Source: Candidatus Latescibacterota bacterium
Lineage (GTDB): Bacteria > Latescibacterota > UBA2968 > UBA8231
Reading direction: 5' to 3'
Length of the DNA stretch: 64,000 bases
NCBI GenBank assembly: GCA_965215195.1
Contig: CBDCDC010000002.1
Coordinates: 2,880,001-2,944,000 of the forward strand
Positions 9,693 through 17,803 of the stretch are shown here, piece by piece. The translations under genes and the position numbers were made by a program. Under the pieces are notes generated by a model. The model was not told the DNA's origin. It saw nothing but the letters and a program-made list of their open reading frames with translations, and did not search any database. The stretch's first letter is position 1; every line of letters begins with the position of its first letter.

Positions 9693-9761
9693 CCCTTTAG
9701 TCCTTTTACCCTTTAACCCTTGGCGGGGGTCTTGGGGCGTGTGGGGTGTCTTTTGGGGTAT

Positions 9762-9830
9762 GCCTTTTGGGATTTCGCCCCGATAAAGGGGTGTGCGTAG
9801 CCGCCCTTCGGGGGCGGAATCCCAAAAGGC
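9762..9830. repeat. Long imperfect inverted repeat downstream of the VR
   Basis: gccttttgggatt / aatcccaaaaggc perfect 13 bp, extending imperfectly inward (cgcccc / ggggcg). Confidence 0.8.
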
Positions 9831-9845
9831 GGGGGAGGGGCCCCT

Positions 9846-9869
9846 GTGAGGCCCGCGTGCGGGCCTCAC
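9846..9869 (+). other. GC-rich perfect hairpin followed by gcgattttt (DGR cruciform-like element and/or terminator)
   Basis: gtgaggcccg-cgtg-cgggcctcac, 10-11 bp stem. Confidence 0.7.
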
Positions 9870-9903
9870 GCGATTTTTATCTTCCCCCCTTCCTGAGAGA
9901 AAC

Positions 9904-9948
9904 TGCCACCCGCACGGCCGACGGCAACGTCGCCCCGCAAGCCAGCAC
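9904..9948 (+). repeat. 45-bp orphan fragment of the kinase gene
   Basis: tgccacccgcacggccgacggcaacgtcgccccgcaagccagcac matches 7592-7636 with 3 mismatches (also ~19751-19795). Confidence 0.85.
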
Positions 9949-10008
9949 ATGGGACGCTCCTAAACGGCTGAGGTATGGCCAACCATCAACTCTGAGGAGG
10001 ATATACTT

Positions 10009-10893
10009 ATGCAGAACAGAACCCTTCGGGATCCTAATTCTCGGTTTATCACACCGGCAGGCGGAGTTATAGCACTTCTCTGTTTCTTTATGCCTTGGGT
10101 TAAAATCTCTTGCATGGGTACCACCACACAAGTTTCAGGTTTTGATCTTGCTACCAAGGGCGGAGACCTGATTATAAACCCTTTTGTTGCTTTAATTGCT
10201 GCCGTGGCAACTATTGGGATTAGCGTTTACATGTTGATGCAACAAACACCTTGGAAATCCAAATTGCCAGTTCTTATTAGCAGTGGGATTGGGATCTGTT
10301 GCCTTTGGGTCAGTTTGTTCAAGGATGGTCGTCCTAGTTTTGGAGGACTTGAAGGCACCCTCCAATTTGGAGCGTTTGGAACGATTATCGGATTTATTCT
10401 TTCTATTATCGGTGTATGGGCCACCTCTAAACCCGACGATAGTTCAGGCATCCCCGGTGAAAACCAGTATAGACCAAACCCAAAGGCTGAGTCCCGCTTG
10501 AACGAAACTGAACAAACGGCTGAAGCAGTGCGCCAAACTAAAGCGAATGCTCCGCAACCCACGCCTTTTAGCTGTCTATTGGAAGGCCAAGACCCCACCG
10601 GCCGGTCATTCGCCTTGACCATATCGGCATTGGCATTGAGTGAGCGGGCCGGGGTGACGCTCGGCAGAAGCCCGGCCAACGCCGAATTTGTCATTGACCA
10701 CCAAGAAGTCTCCCGCGAACACGTCCGGCTTGCCTGTGTTGACGGCGAACTCTACGCAGAGGACTTGAACGCCCTGAATGGCACCAAGGTGAATGGCCGC
10801 TTGCTCAATCCCCACGAGCAGGTGCTGTTGCAAAACAATGATCGGCTTGAGGTAGGGCCGATTGTTTTTGCCGTGCGCTTCGTTCAGGTCTAA
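10009..10893 (+). CDS. Multi-TM membrane protein with C-terminal FHA domain
   Basis: About 4 hydrophobic helices (LLCFFMPWV...SGFDL); FHA TLGRS...VSREH...NGTKVNG; C-terminal part nearly identical to that of 10993-12618. Confidence 0.85.
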   Translation: MQNRTLRDPNSRFITPAGGVIALLCFFMPWVKISCMGTTTQVSGFDLATKGGDLIINPFVALIAAVATIGISVYMLMQQTPWKSKLPVLISSGIGICCLWVSLFKDGRPSFGGLEGTLQFGAFGTIIGFILSIIGVWATSKPDDSSGIPGENQYRPNPKAESRLNETEQTAEAVRQTKANAPQPTPFSCLLEGQDPTGRSFALTISALALSERAGVTLGRSPANAEFVIDHQEVSREHVRLACVDGELYAEDLNALNGTKVNGRLLNPHEQVLLQNNDRLEVGPIVFAVRFVQV

Positions 10894-10992
10894 ATACACG
10901 ACAGTAACCTAAGTTGTGGTGCAGCCATGATTTAGATTTATTATCAACCTTCTTAGCTGTTGACGGCCAGCCTGAACGTACACGGAGAGGTT

Positions 10993-12618
10993 ATGAACAA
11001 ACAATACCTATCTTTCATCGCGCATTTCGCCGTGGCTTGGTTCCTTTGCACAAGCCCCGTCTCGGCGCAAATAGATGTGGATGCTGTTTCCGAAAGCATC
11101 GTGCGGGTGCGCGCTTATGACGATCACAAAGTCGTGGTTGAAGGGAGCGGTTTCGTCGTCAATGAAGAGGGCTACGTGCTGACGAATGCCCATCTCACAG
11201 CCAAGGCAGAGGGATTGACTGTATTGTCCCTGAAGACCGGGGCCGAGGTCGTGGCGCAGCGGGTGTTTGCCAGCCGCGCCCTGAACTTGGCCCTGCTGCA
11301 CGTACCGGGCTTGAACTTGCCGCCCCTCAGCTTGTCCGAGCAAGGTGCCGCTGTAGGCCGCGTCGTGCAGACGCTGCGGTTTGGCACGGACGAGGATGTT
11401 CGGCTTTCTCACGGGACGATTGGCACCTACCAAGACGTCCGCGGCAAGAAAGCAAGCCGTCCGGTGGCACACTTGCTCCAACACAACGCCTTGATAACGG
11501 CCAAAGCCTTTGGCATGCCCTTGTTCAACGAATGCGGGGACGTCGTCGCCCTCAATCTGCCCAACCCGGGCAGCGGCTCGTGGCCGTTTCGTAAAGCGAA
11601 GCCAAGCGGGACCATTTTTGCCCTGCGCAGCGGCGACATAATAGCGGCGCTTGAAGAGCGAGAAATCGCGCATACCGTGGTTGAAGCAGAATGCCTGAGT
11701 GCGGTTGAGCGCGCTGAACGCGCTAGAAAAGCGGCGGCTGACAGCCTCAAGTTGGCGAAGGCGCAGGCCGACTCGGTAGGCAAAGCCGCAGAAAAGGCCA
11801 AGGCGCAGGCCGATTCGGCGAGCGAAGCCGCAAAAAAGGCCAAGGCGAAAGAAAAGGCCGCTCGGCGGGCGGCAGAACGGGCGCAAGCGCGAGCCGATTC
11901 CGCCAAGAAAGCGGTGGCCGACAGCCTCCAAGCGGCCAAGGCTCAAGCCGACAGCCTCAAGATGGCGCAGGCGCGGGCTGATTCGGCGAGTAAGGCCGTG
12001 GCCGACAGTCTCAAGGCCGCCAAGGCTCAAGCCGACAGCCTCCAAGCGGTGGAAGAGAAGGCCCAAGCCCAAGCCGACAGCCTCCAAGCGGCCAAAGAAA
12101 AGGCCGCGCAGCGATTGCAGTGGGGCGTTGCTGCGGGGGCGGGATTGGTGCTGCTCGCACTGCTCGGTTGGTGGCTTTCCTCGCGGCGCAAAAAGGAGCA
12201 ATTACAGAGTGCCGAGTCTCGAGTGAGCGAAGCCGAGCAAACGGCTCAAGCCGCGCGCCAAGCGGCGGCGAACGCACCGCAACCCGCGCCTTTCAGATGT
12301 CTATTGGAAGGCCAAGACCCCACCGGCCGCCCATTTGCCTTGACCCTATCGGCCTTGGCATTGAGCGAGCGGGCCGGTGTGACGCTCGGCCGAAGCCCGG
12401 CCAATGCCGAATTTATTATTGACCACGAAGAAGTCTCCCGCGAACACGTCCGACTCGCGTGTGCTGACGGCCAACTCTACGCAGAGGACTTGAACGCCCT
12501 GAATGGCACCAAGGTGAATGGCCGCCTGCTCAACCCCGGCGAGCAGGTGCTGTTGCAAAACAATGATCGGCTTGAGATTGGGCCGGTGATTTTTAGCGTA
12601 CGCTTGCTGCAGGAGTGA
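10993..12618 (+). CDS. Exported trypsin-like domain (catalytic Ser absent) - coiled coil - TM - FHA
   Basis: Signal peptide; GSGFVV...LTNAHL; AKAFGMPLFNECGDVV in place of GNSGGPL; ADSLxAAKAQ repeats; TM; FHA GR/SxxH/NGT. Confidence 0.85.
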   Translation: MNKQYLSFIAHFAVAWFLCTSPVSAQIDVDAVSESIVRVRAYDDHKVVVEGSGFVVNEEGYVLTNAHLTAKAEGLTVLSLKTGAEVVAQRVFASRALNLALLHVPGLNLPPLSLSEQGAAVGRVVQTLRFGTDEDVRLSHGTIGTYQDVRGKKASRPVAHLLQHNALITAKAFGMPLFNECGDVVALNLPNPGSGSWPFRKAKPSGTIFALRSGDIIAALEEREIAHTVVEAECLSAVERAERARKAAADSLKLAKAQADSVGKAAEKAKAQADSASEAAKKAKAKEKAARRAAERAQARADSAKKAVADSLQAAKAQADSLKMAQARADSASKAVADSLKAAKAQADSLQAVEEKAQAQADSLQAAKEKAAQRLQWGVAAGAGLVLLALLGWWLSSRRKKEQLQSAESRVSEAEQTAQAARQAAANAPQPAPFRCLLEGQDPTGRPFALTLSALALSERAGVTLGRSPANAEFIIDHEEVSREHVRLACADGQLYAEDLNALNGTKVNGRLLNPGEQVLLQNNDRLEIGPVIFSVRLLQE

Positions 12619-12621
12619 ACA

Positions 12622-13944
12622 TTGCACCGCTCCAGACGCTGGGGTCTCGTCTTGTTTCTTGGTGCGCTGCTGCCGGGCCGCGCCGTTGCTGCGCCAGACT
12701 TTGACGCGCTGGAGAAGAGCGTGGTGCGCATCGTAACCCAGACCAGTGCTGGCACTGGATTCGCGATCAACGACCAAGGCTATATTGCGACCAATGTCCA
12801 CGTCATCGCCAATGCCCGCTCAATCCAAGCCATCCCGACAAACTCCAACGCCCTGTACGAGGTGGAAGTAATCGCCACGTCCCCAGAACTCGACCTCGCA
12901 ATCGCCCATATCCCAGATATAACCCTGCCGCCGATCGCGCTGTCGCTCGCCCCCGCCACCAAAGGACAGAAGGTATGGTCCATCGGCTATCCCGGTGGGG
13001 CTGACCGCAACAGGCCGGCGCACGACCCGACCGTGCAAGACGGCGTCATTGGGCGGGTTTTTTTAGGCGCGTGGCATGCACAAGAGCTCAGAATTATTCA
13101 GCACAATGCGCCGACCAACCCAGGCAACAGCGGCGGCCCCTTACTAGATGACTGTAGCCGGGCCGTCGGCGTCAATACGCAGGCGTCGCTCGTGGTCATT
13201 ACCAGTCCATCGAGCGGGGTGACGCGGGTGCCCCATGCGGCGGGCATTTACTGGTCTTCGCACATAGAGGAGTTGGCCAACCTGTTGGACGGCCACGGCA
13301 TTGCCTTTCAAGCGGAGAGTGACGATTGTGTGGCGGCTGGCGGCACGGGAAGCTCTGGCGAGGCCGAGAAGGCGCGGCGCGAGGCGGAAAAGGCGCGGCG
13401 CGAAGCCGAAGAAGCGCGAGAGCAGGCCGAAGAAGCCAGCGATCAATTCCTCGTCTATCTGCTATTGTTGGGTGGTGTGGCCTTGGTCGCATTGGTCGTT
13501 GCCTTGAAGAAGCCGCGCCAGTTCGCCCAGCAGACTTTGGCGAAGCCGCGCCAGCTCGTCCAACAGATGAGTCAGCGCGTGACCAAAAAAGGGGTAGAGG
13601 CCGTTGCAAAAGGCCCAAAGTACGGCCTCGTGCTAGCTGGTTTTGACGGTCGCGGCCACCGCGTTCGCATTGAGTTGTCGCCGGCCCGCTTGGCCGGTCA
13701 ACGCTTGGGGCTTTCGCTCGGCCGGCATCCCGAGCTGGTGGATGAAGTCGTCGCCGATGAAAACGTATCCCGACGGCATCTGCGCATTGCCGCCCAAGGC
13801 AATCGCTTGTACGTCGAAGACTTGAACTCCAGCAATGGGACGTTTTTGAATGAACAGCGCCTGTCGCCCTTTGAGCCGGCGCGATTGGAATATGGTGCCA
13901 AAGTTGCGTTGGGCGATTTGGTGCTCGTGGCGTCCAAACTTTAG
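12622..13944 (+). CDS. Exported trypsin-like serine protease - TM - FHA
   Basis: Signal peptide; GTGFAI, TNVHV, DLAI, PGNSGGPLL triad; TM FLVYLLLLGGVALVALVV; FHA SLGRH...VSRRH...SSNGTFLN. Confidence 0.9.
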   Translation: MHRSRRWGLVLFLGALLPGRAVAAPDFDALEKSVVRIVTQTSAGTGFAINDQGYIATNVHVIANARSIQAIPTNSNALYEVEVIATSPELDLAIAHIPDITLPPIALSLAPATKGQKVWSIGYPGGADRNRPAHDPTVQDGVIGRVFLGAWHAQELRIIQHNAPTNPGNSGGPLLDDCSRAVGVNTQASLVVITSPSSGVTRVPHAAGIYWSSHIEELANLLDGHGIAFQAESDDCVAAGGTGSSGEAEKARREAEKARREAEEAREQAEEASDQFLVYLLLLGGVALVALVVALKKPRQFAQQTLAKPRQLVQQMSQRVTKKGVEAVAKGPKYGLVLAGFDGRGHRVRIELSPARLAGQRLGLSLGRHPELVDEVVADENVSRRHLRIAAQGNRLYVEDLNSSNGTFLNEQRLSPFEPARLEYGAKVALGDLVLVASKL

Positions 13945-13956
13945 AGGGTATTGGGC

Positions 13957-14910
13957 ATGAAAAAACGCAGCCGCGAGCTCAGCATCTTTAGCATGTCCGC
14001 GCTCGATCTATTCGCATCGGCTCTCGGTGCCTTCATACTCATTACCGTAGTGCTGCTGCCCTTCTTTCCAAATCTGAACATGTCGGGACAAGCGCAGGCT
14101 GAGTTGGAACAGGCGCAGGCCGAGTTGGCGAAGTCGAAGGCCGAGTTGGCGCAAGCGGAGGCCGAGTTGGAGCGAGAGAAAGCCAAGCTAAGACAGGAAA
14201 AAGCCAAACTAGAGCGGGCCAAGGCCAAAGTTCCGAAAACAGAAAATCCACTTGCAAAACGAGTGGAGGCTTTGCAACAGGAGCTGAAGCAGGCAAAGGC
14301 CGAAGCGGCGAAAGCAAAAGGTCAGCTTGCAAAACGGGTGGAGGCTTTGCAACGGGAGATAGACGACACAACCGTTTTATTGGGAATCAAGACGAAGGCG
14401 AAGAAGTTTGTATTCGTCATAGATATGTCGGGCAGTATTTATCAACCGGCACAGCAAGATTATCGCCCGTTCATAACATTGTCCATACGAGACATGCTCG
14501 CTGCTTTTAAGTCGGAAATAGAGGTCTGTCTCATTGGTTTTCAAGGCTCAAATCGGCTGCACTATTGGCCTCAAAATAGAGGGTACTTTCAAGTGAAAAG
14601 GAATACGCGAGATCGCGTTGTCGGACAGGTAAAAGACTGGATGAGATTGGTGGATGGCGGCACACCCACGCGCACTGCTTTGCTGGCGGCGATTGCACTG
14701 CACCCCGAAGAAATCATCCTGTTGAGCGATGGGGCACCCTCAGAGGATTGGCGCATGGTCGTGCGGACTGTAACGGCTAAAAATAGGCGGAAAATACCCA
14801 TACACGCCGTAGCCGTTGGCAATTACGTGACAGACCGGAAATTTATTGATTTTCTGGTGCAGCTAACCGAACAAAATAACGGCTATGTCGTAGGAGCCAA
14901 ACCGGGTTGA
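13957..14910 (+). CDS. ExbD/MotB-like TM anchor - coiled coil - vWA (MIDAS) protein
   Basis: N-terminal SMSALDLFASALGAFILI with Asp in the TM; vWA VFVIDMSGS, GGTPT, LLSDG, IHAVAVG. Confidence 0.82.
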   Translation: MKKRSRELSIFSMSALDLFASALGAFILITVVLLPFFPNLNMSGQAQAELEQAQAELAKSKAELAQAEAELEREKAKLRQEKAKLERAKAKVPKTENPLAKRVEALQQELKQAKAEAAKAKGQLAKRVEALQREIDDTTVLLGIKTKAKKFVFVIDMSGSIYQPAQQDYRPFITLSIRDMLAAFKSEIEVCLIGFQGSNRLHYWPQNRGYFQVKRNTRDRVVGQVKDWMRLVDGGTPTRTALLAAIALHPEEIILLSDGAPSEDWRMVVRTVTAKNRRKIPIHAVAVGNYVTDRKFIDFLVQLTEQNNGYVVGAKPG

Positions 14911-14911
14911 C

Positions 14912-15295
14912 ATGAACAAATCGACGTTTTCGGTGTATCGAATTGGGCGCAGCCCCGGGGTGGACATTCGGATTGACGATGATTCGGTCTCGCGCGTCCA
15001 CGCCGAGCTAATTGCGACCCAAAGCGGCTCTTACTACCTCACGGATTGCGCCAGCAGCGGGGGTACTTATGTGGCGCGAAATGGTGAGTGGAGACGCATT
15101 CGGCAGGAATTTATAAGCCCGACCGACGCGATTTTACTCGGGCATTACCAGACGACCGCACCCGCACTTATCGCGCTGGCCGCGCAAAAGGAGCGCCGTT
15201 CAGGAGGCGGCAAACCCACGCGGGAGGACAGCTTGCCCGTAGGTCCCGTGCGGCGCAATGTAGATACGGGTGAGATCATGGGCGAGGAGGATTGA
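14912..15295 (+). CDS. Small FHA-domain protein
   Basis: IGRSPGVDIRIDDDSVSRVHAEL...DCASSGGTYV. Confidence 0.88.
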   Translation: MNKSTFSVYRIGRSPGVDIRIDDDSVSRVHAELIATQSGSYYLTDCASSGGTYVARNGEWRRIRQEFISPTDAILLGHYQTTAPALIALAAQKERRSGGGKPTREDSLPVGPVRRNVDTGEIMGEED

Positions 15296-15296
15296 C

Positions 15297-16082
15297 ATGG
15301 CAAACGGGCAAGGAATAGAGCTGGAGCAACGTCTAAAAGCAAGCGGCGTCAGCCTGTTAGGAGGCGTCGTATCCATAGCGATTATGAGCCTTATTTTTGG
15401 TCATCCCGAGTCGGCGGCCGGTGCTTTCCTGCTAGATCGCCACACCGAGAATTTCCCCTACCCGTTTACGATCCAAAACGTCATGTGGCTCATGTTTTGG
15501 CTTGGCTGCGGTGAACTCTGGGTGCGGTTTAACCAAGCCAAGCTCGAAACGGAGCAGGTGGCGAAACGCTATCTGCCGGAAGACGAGGAGGTTATGTTGC
15601 GGGCGCGGGATTTGGGTTCCTTTTATCAAAAGGTGCGGCCCAAGGCCGAGGAGCACCCCTTTTATTTACAGCGTCTGATCATGCGCTGTATTTTGCAATT
15701 TCAGGGGAGCCACTCGGTCAATCAGGCCAACTCCCTGTTGAATTCTTCCCTCGAACTATTCCAACACGAGCTCGAACTCAAATACGCGATGTTGCGCTAT
15801 CTCGTGTGGCTGATACCAACGTTGGGGTTTATCGGCACGGTGGTGGGCATTGCGTTTGCCTTGGATTACGCGGCCAACATTGAAGACCCACAGGACCCGA
15901 CCTTGCTGGCCGAAATCACCGGTCGGCTGGGCGTGGCGTTTTACACGACCCTGCTGGCGTTGGTTCAGTCGGCCCTGTTGGTGTTTGCGCTGCACATTGC
16001 ACAGAGCCGCGAAGAGATGGCCTTGAACCAATCTGGTCAATACTGTTTGGACAACTTAATCAACCGGCTTTACGAAAAGTAA
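15297..16082 (+). CDS. MotA/TolQ/ExbB proton-channel family protein
   Basis: IPTLGFIGTVVGI and LGVAFYTTLLAL motifs; multiple TMs; GAGGAGG RBS. Confidence 0.9.
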   Translation: MANGQGIELEQRLKASGVSLLGGVVSIAIMSLIFGHPESAAGAFLLDRHTENFPYPFTIQNVMWLMFWLGCGELWVRFNQAKLETEQVAKRYLPEDEEVMLRARDLGSFYQKVRPKAEEHPFYLQRLIMRCILQFQGSHSVNQANSLLNSSLELFQHELELKYAMLRYLVWLIPTLGFIGTVVGIAFALDYAANIEDPQDPTLLAEITGRLGVAFYTTLLALVQSALLVFALHIAQSREEMALNQSGQYCLDNLINRLYEK

Positions 16083-16115
16083 GTTGCTGGAACAACCCAA
16101 AAATAGGAGGGCACC

Positions 16116-16769
16116 ATGCCTGTTTATCGCGGACCCGATGGCAAAATCATTGAAGAGAAAACCGATAAGCGGAAGGAGGATACCAAACCAACGGACAGAG
16201 CTGACAGGCCGTTGCCGCCGGCACCACCGGATGGCGAGCAACCCGCCGGTGCCGGGCGTTTAGATGCGCCCACCCAGCGAATGGGCGAAAGCCGTGCGCC
16301 GGCCAATGTCGGCGCGGAGGAGCGGACGCGCTTGGTGGGAGGGCGGCCGCGGCGAGAAGACGAGGAGCGCCGGCAGGAGCGCGCCGCAGCGGATCGCGGC
16401 ATGGATGATCCGGTTGTGGGGTGGCTGGTGGTTGTGGAGGGGCCGGGCAAGGGGCGGGCCGTGCAATTGGGATATGGTTCCAATTCACTTGGACGCGGGG
16501 CCACCGACCGCATCAAGCTCGATTTTGGCGACGATCAGATTTCGCGCAATGGCCATGCCGTTGTCACGTACGATCCGCGCGGCCGGAGGTTTTACGTGCA
16601 GCACGGCGGCGGCAAGAATCTGACGTATCTCGGGGACCAGCCCGTGCTCACACCGGCTGAGTTGCCGGCGCTGAGTCACATTAGCATCGGCAATACGGTT
16701 CTCCGCTTCGTGCCCCTGTGCGGTGCTGAGTTTGATTGGCAGGATGCAGAAGGAAGCGAGGCGCGATGA
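16116..16769 (+). CDS. FHA-domain protein with disordered Thr-containing N-terminal tail
   Basis: PVVGWLVVVEGPGKG...SLGRG...FGDDQISRNGH...LRFVPLCG; AGGAGG RBS. Confidence 0.88.
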   Translation: MPVYRGPDGKIIEEKTDKRKEDTKPTDRADRPLPPAPPDGEQPAGAGRLDAPTQRMGESRAPANVGAEERTRLVGGRPRREDEERRQERAAADRGMDDPVVGWLVVVEGPGKGRAVQLGYGSNSLGRGATDRIKLDFGDDQISRNGHAVVTYDPRGRRFYVQHGGGKNLTYLGDQPVLTPAELPALSHISIGNTVLRFVPLCGAEFDWQDAEGSEAR

Positions 16770-17803
16770 ACGAATTAGACGGGCGCTTTGCCGCACGGCA
16801 AATTCCCGGCCAACGGGACTATCAAGAGGATGACTACGGCCTGTTAGATGGGCGCGACCTCGGCTTAGGCGGCCGCGAGCACACCATGTTGTTGGTGGCC
16901 GATGGCATGGGCGGCCACGTGGGCGGCGCAACGGCCAGTGGTCTTTTGAGCAAGACCTTTGTCGAGGCGTATCCGCAGGCTTCGGGGCCCATCGTCGATC
17001 GGCTGCGGGCCTGTCTCCAAGAGGCTAATGAAGCCATGGCTGCGGCCATTGCCGAAAATCCCGCACTCGACAGCATGGGTTCGACCTTGGTTGCGGCTGT
17101 TGTTTCAAGCGAAGGGCTGAACTGGATCAGCGTGGGCGACTCCCCGCTGTGGTTGTTTCGCGAGGGTGAATTGAGCCGGTTGAATGCCGATCATTCGATG
17201 GCGCCGGTTCTTGCGGATCTGGTGGCCACCGGGCGCATGACCGCAGCGGAAGCCGCTCAGGATCCAAGTCGGCATTCGCTGCGCTCGGCGGTCATGGGCG
17301 ACGACATCCATTTGATTGACGTATCATCGCAGCCGGTGGCTGTGCAGCAGGGCGACCGGGTACTCTTGGCGAGCGACGGTTTGATGACCCTCAGCGAGCA
17401 AGCGATCGCGGCGATCCTTAGAGAAAGGCAAGACGCGCCCTTGGAGGATAGTGCCGCAGCCCTTATCCAAGCGGTGGAAGCGGCCGAACATCCCCATCAG
17501 GACAATACGACCGTCTTGTTATACGCGCCGGCTGAGGGCGCGGAATTGGCGGCGGCTGATGTTGGCGGGGGGGAAGCTGCTCAGGGTAAGCCGCGATTGA
17601 AGCGCTGGGCTGGACTGTTGGGGATGTTGCTATGCGTTACTGTCTTATTGGGGGTGTTTTATTGGCTTGGGCCGGGCGAAGATGCGGCTGTTGAACCCAG
17701 TGAAGGCCCTGATGTTCAAGTGCCAGTGGCGTCCGACGCCGAAGAGGGCGCACCCGCTTCTCAGGAGGATAGCACCCGTACGGGACTGAACGAGCATGAG
17801 TGA
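16766..17803 (+). CDS. PP2C/PPM Ser/Thr phosphatase with C-terminal TM
   Basis: RDYQEDD, VADGMGG, SVGDS, LASDGL, QDNTT; TM WAGLLGMLLCVTVLLGVFYWL. Confidence 0.93.
   Translation: MNELDGRFAARQIPGQRDYQEDDYGLLDGRDLGLGGREHTMLLVADGMGGHVGGATASGLLSKTFVEAYPQASGPIVDRLRACLQEANEAMAAAIAENPALDSMGSTLVAAVVSSEGLNWISVGDSPLWLFREGELSRLNADHSMAPVLADLVATGRMTAAEAAQDPSRHSLRSAVMGDDIHLIDVSSQPVAVQQGDRVLLASDGLMTLSEQAIAAILRERQDAPLEDSAAALIQAVEAAEHPHQDNTTVLLYAPAEGAELAAADVGGGEAAQGKPRLKRWAGLLGMLLCVTVLLGVFYWLGPGEDAAVEPSEGPDVQVPVASDAEEGAPASQEDSTRTGLNEHE

Noticed and set aside
9693-10008. DGR template repeat or RT next to the VR
   Set aside because: No AAC-rich copy of the VR and no RT motifs seen in the window; the DGR call remains conditional
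13957-16082. Calling the motor pair Zorya (ZorAB) or Tol/Exb
   Set aside because: No OmpA-like domain, no long ZorA tail, no ZorC/D/E, TonB or TolA in the cluster
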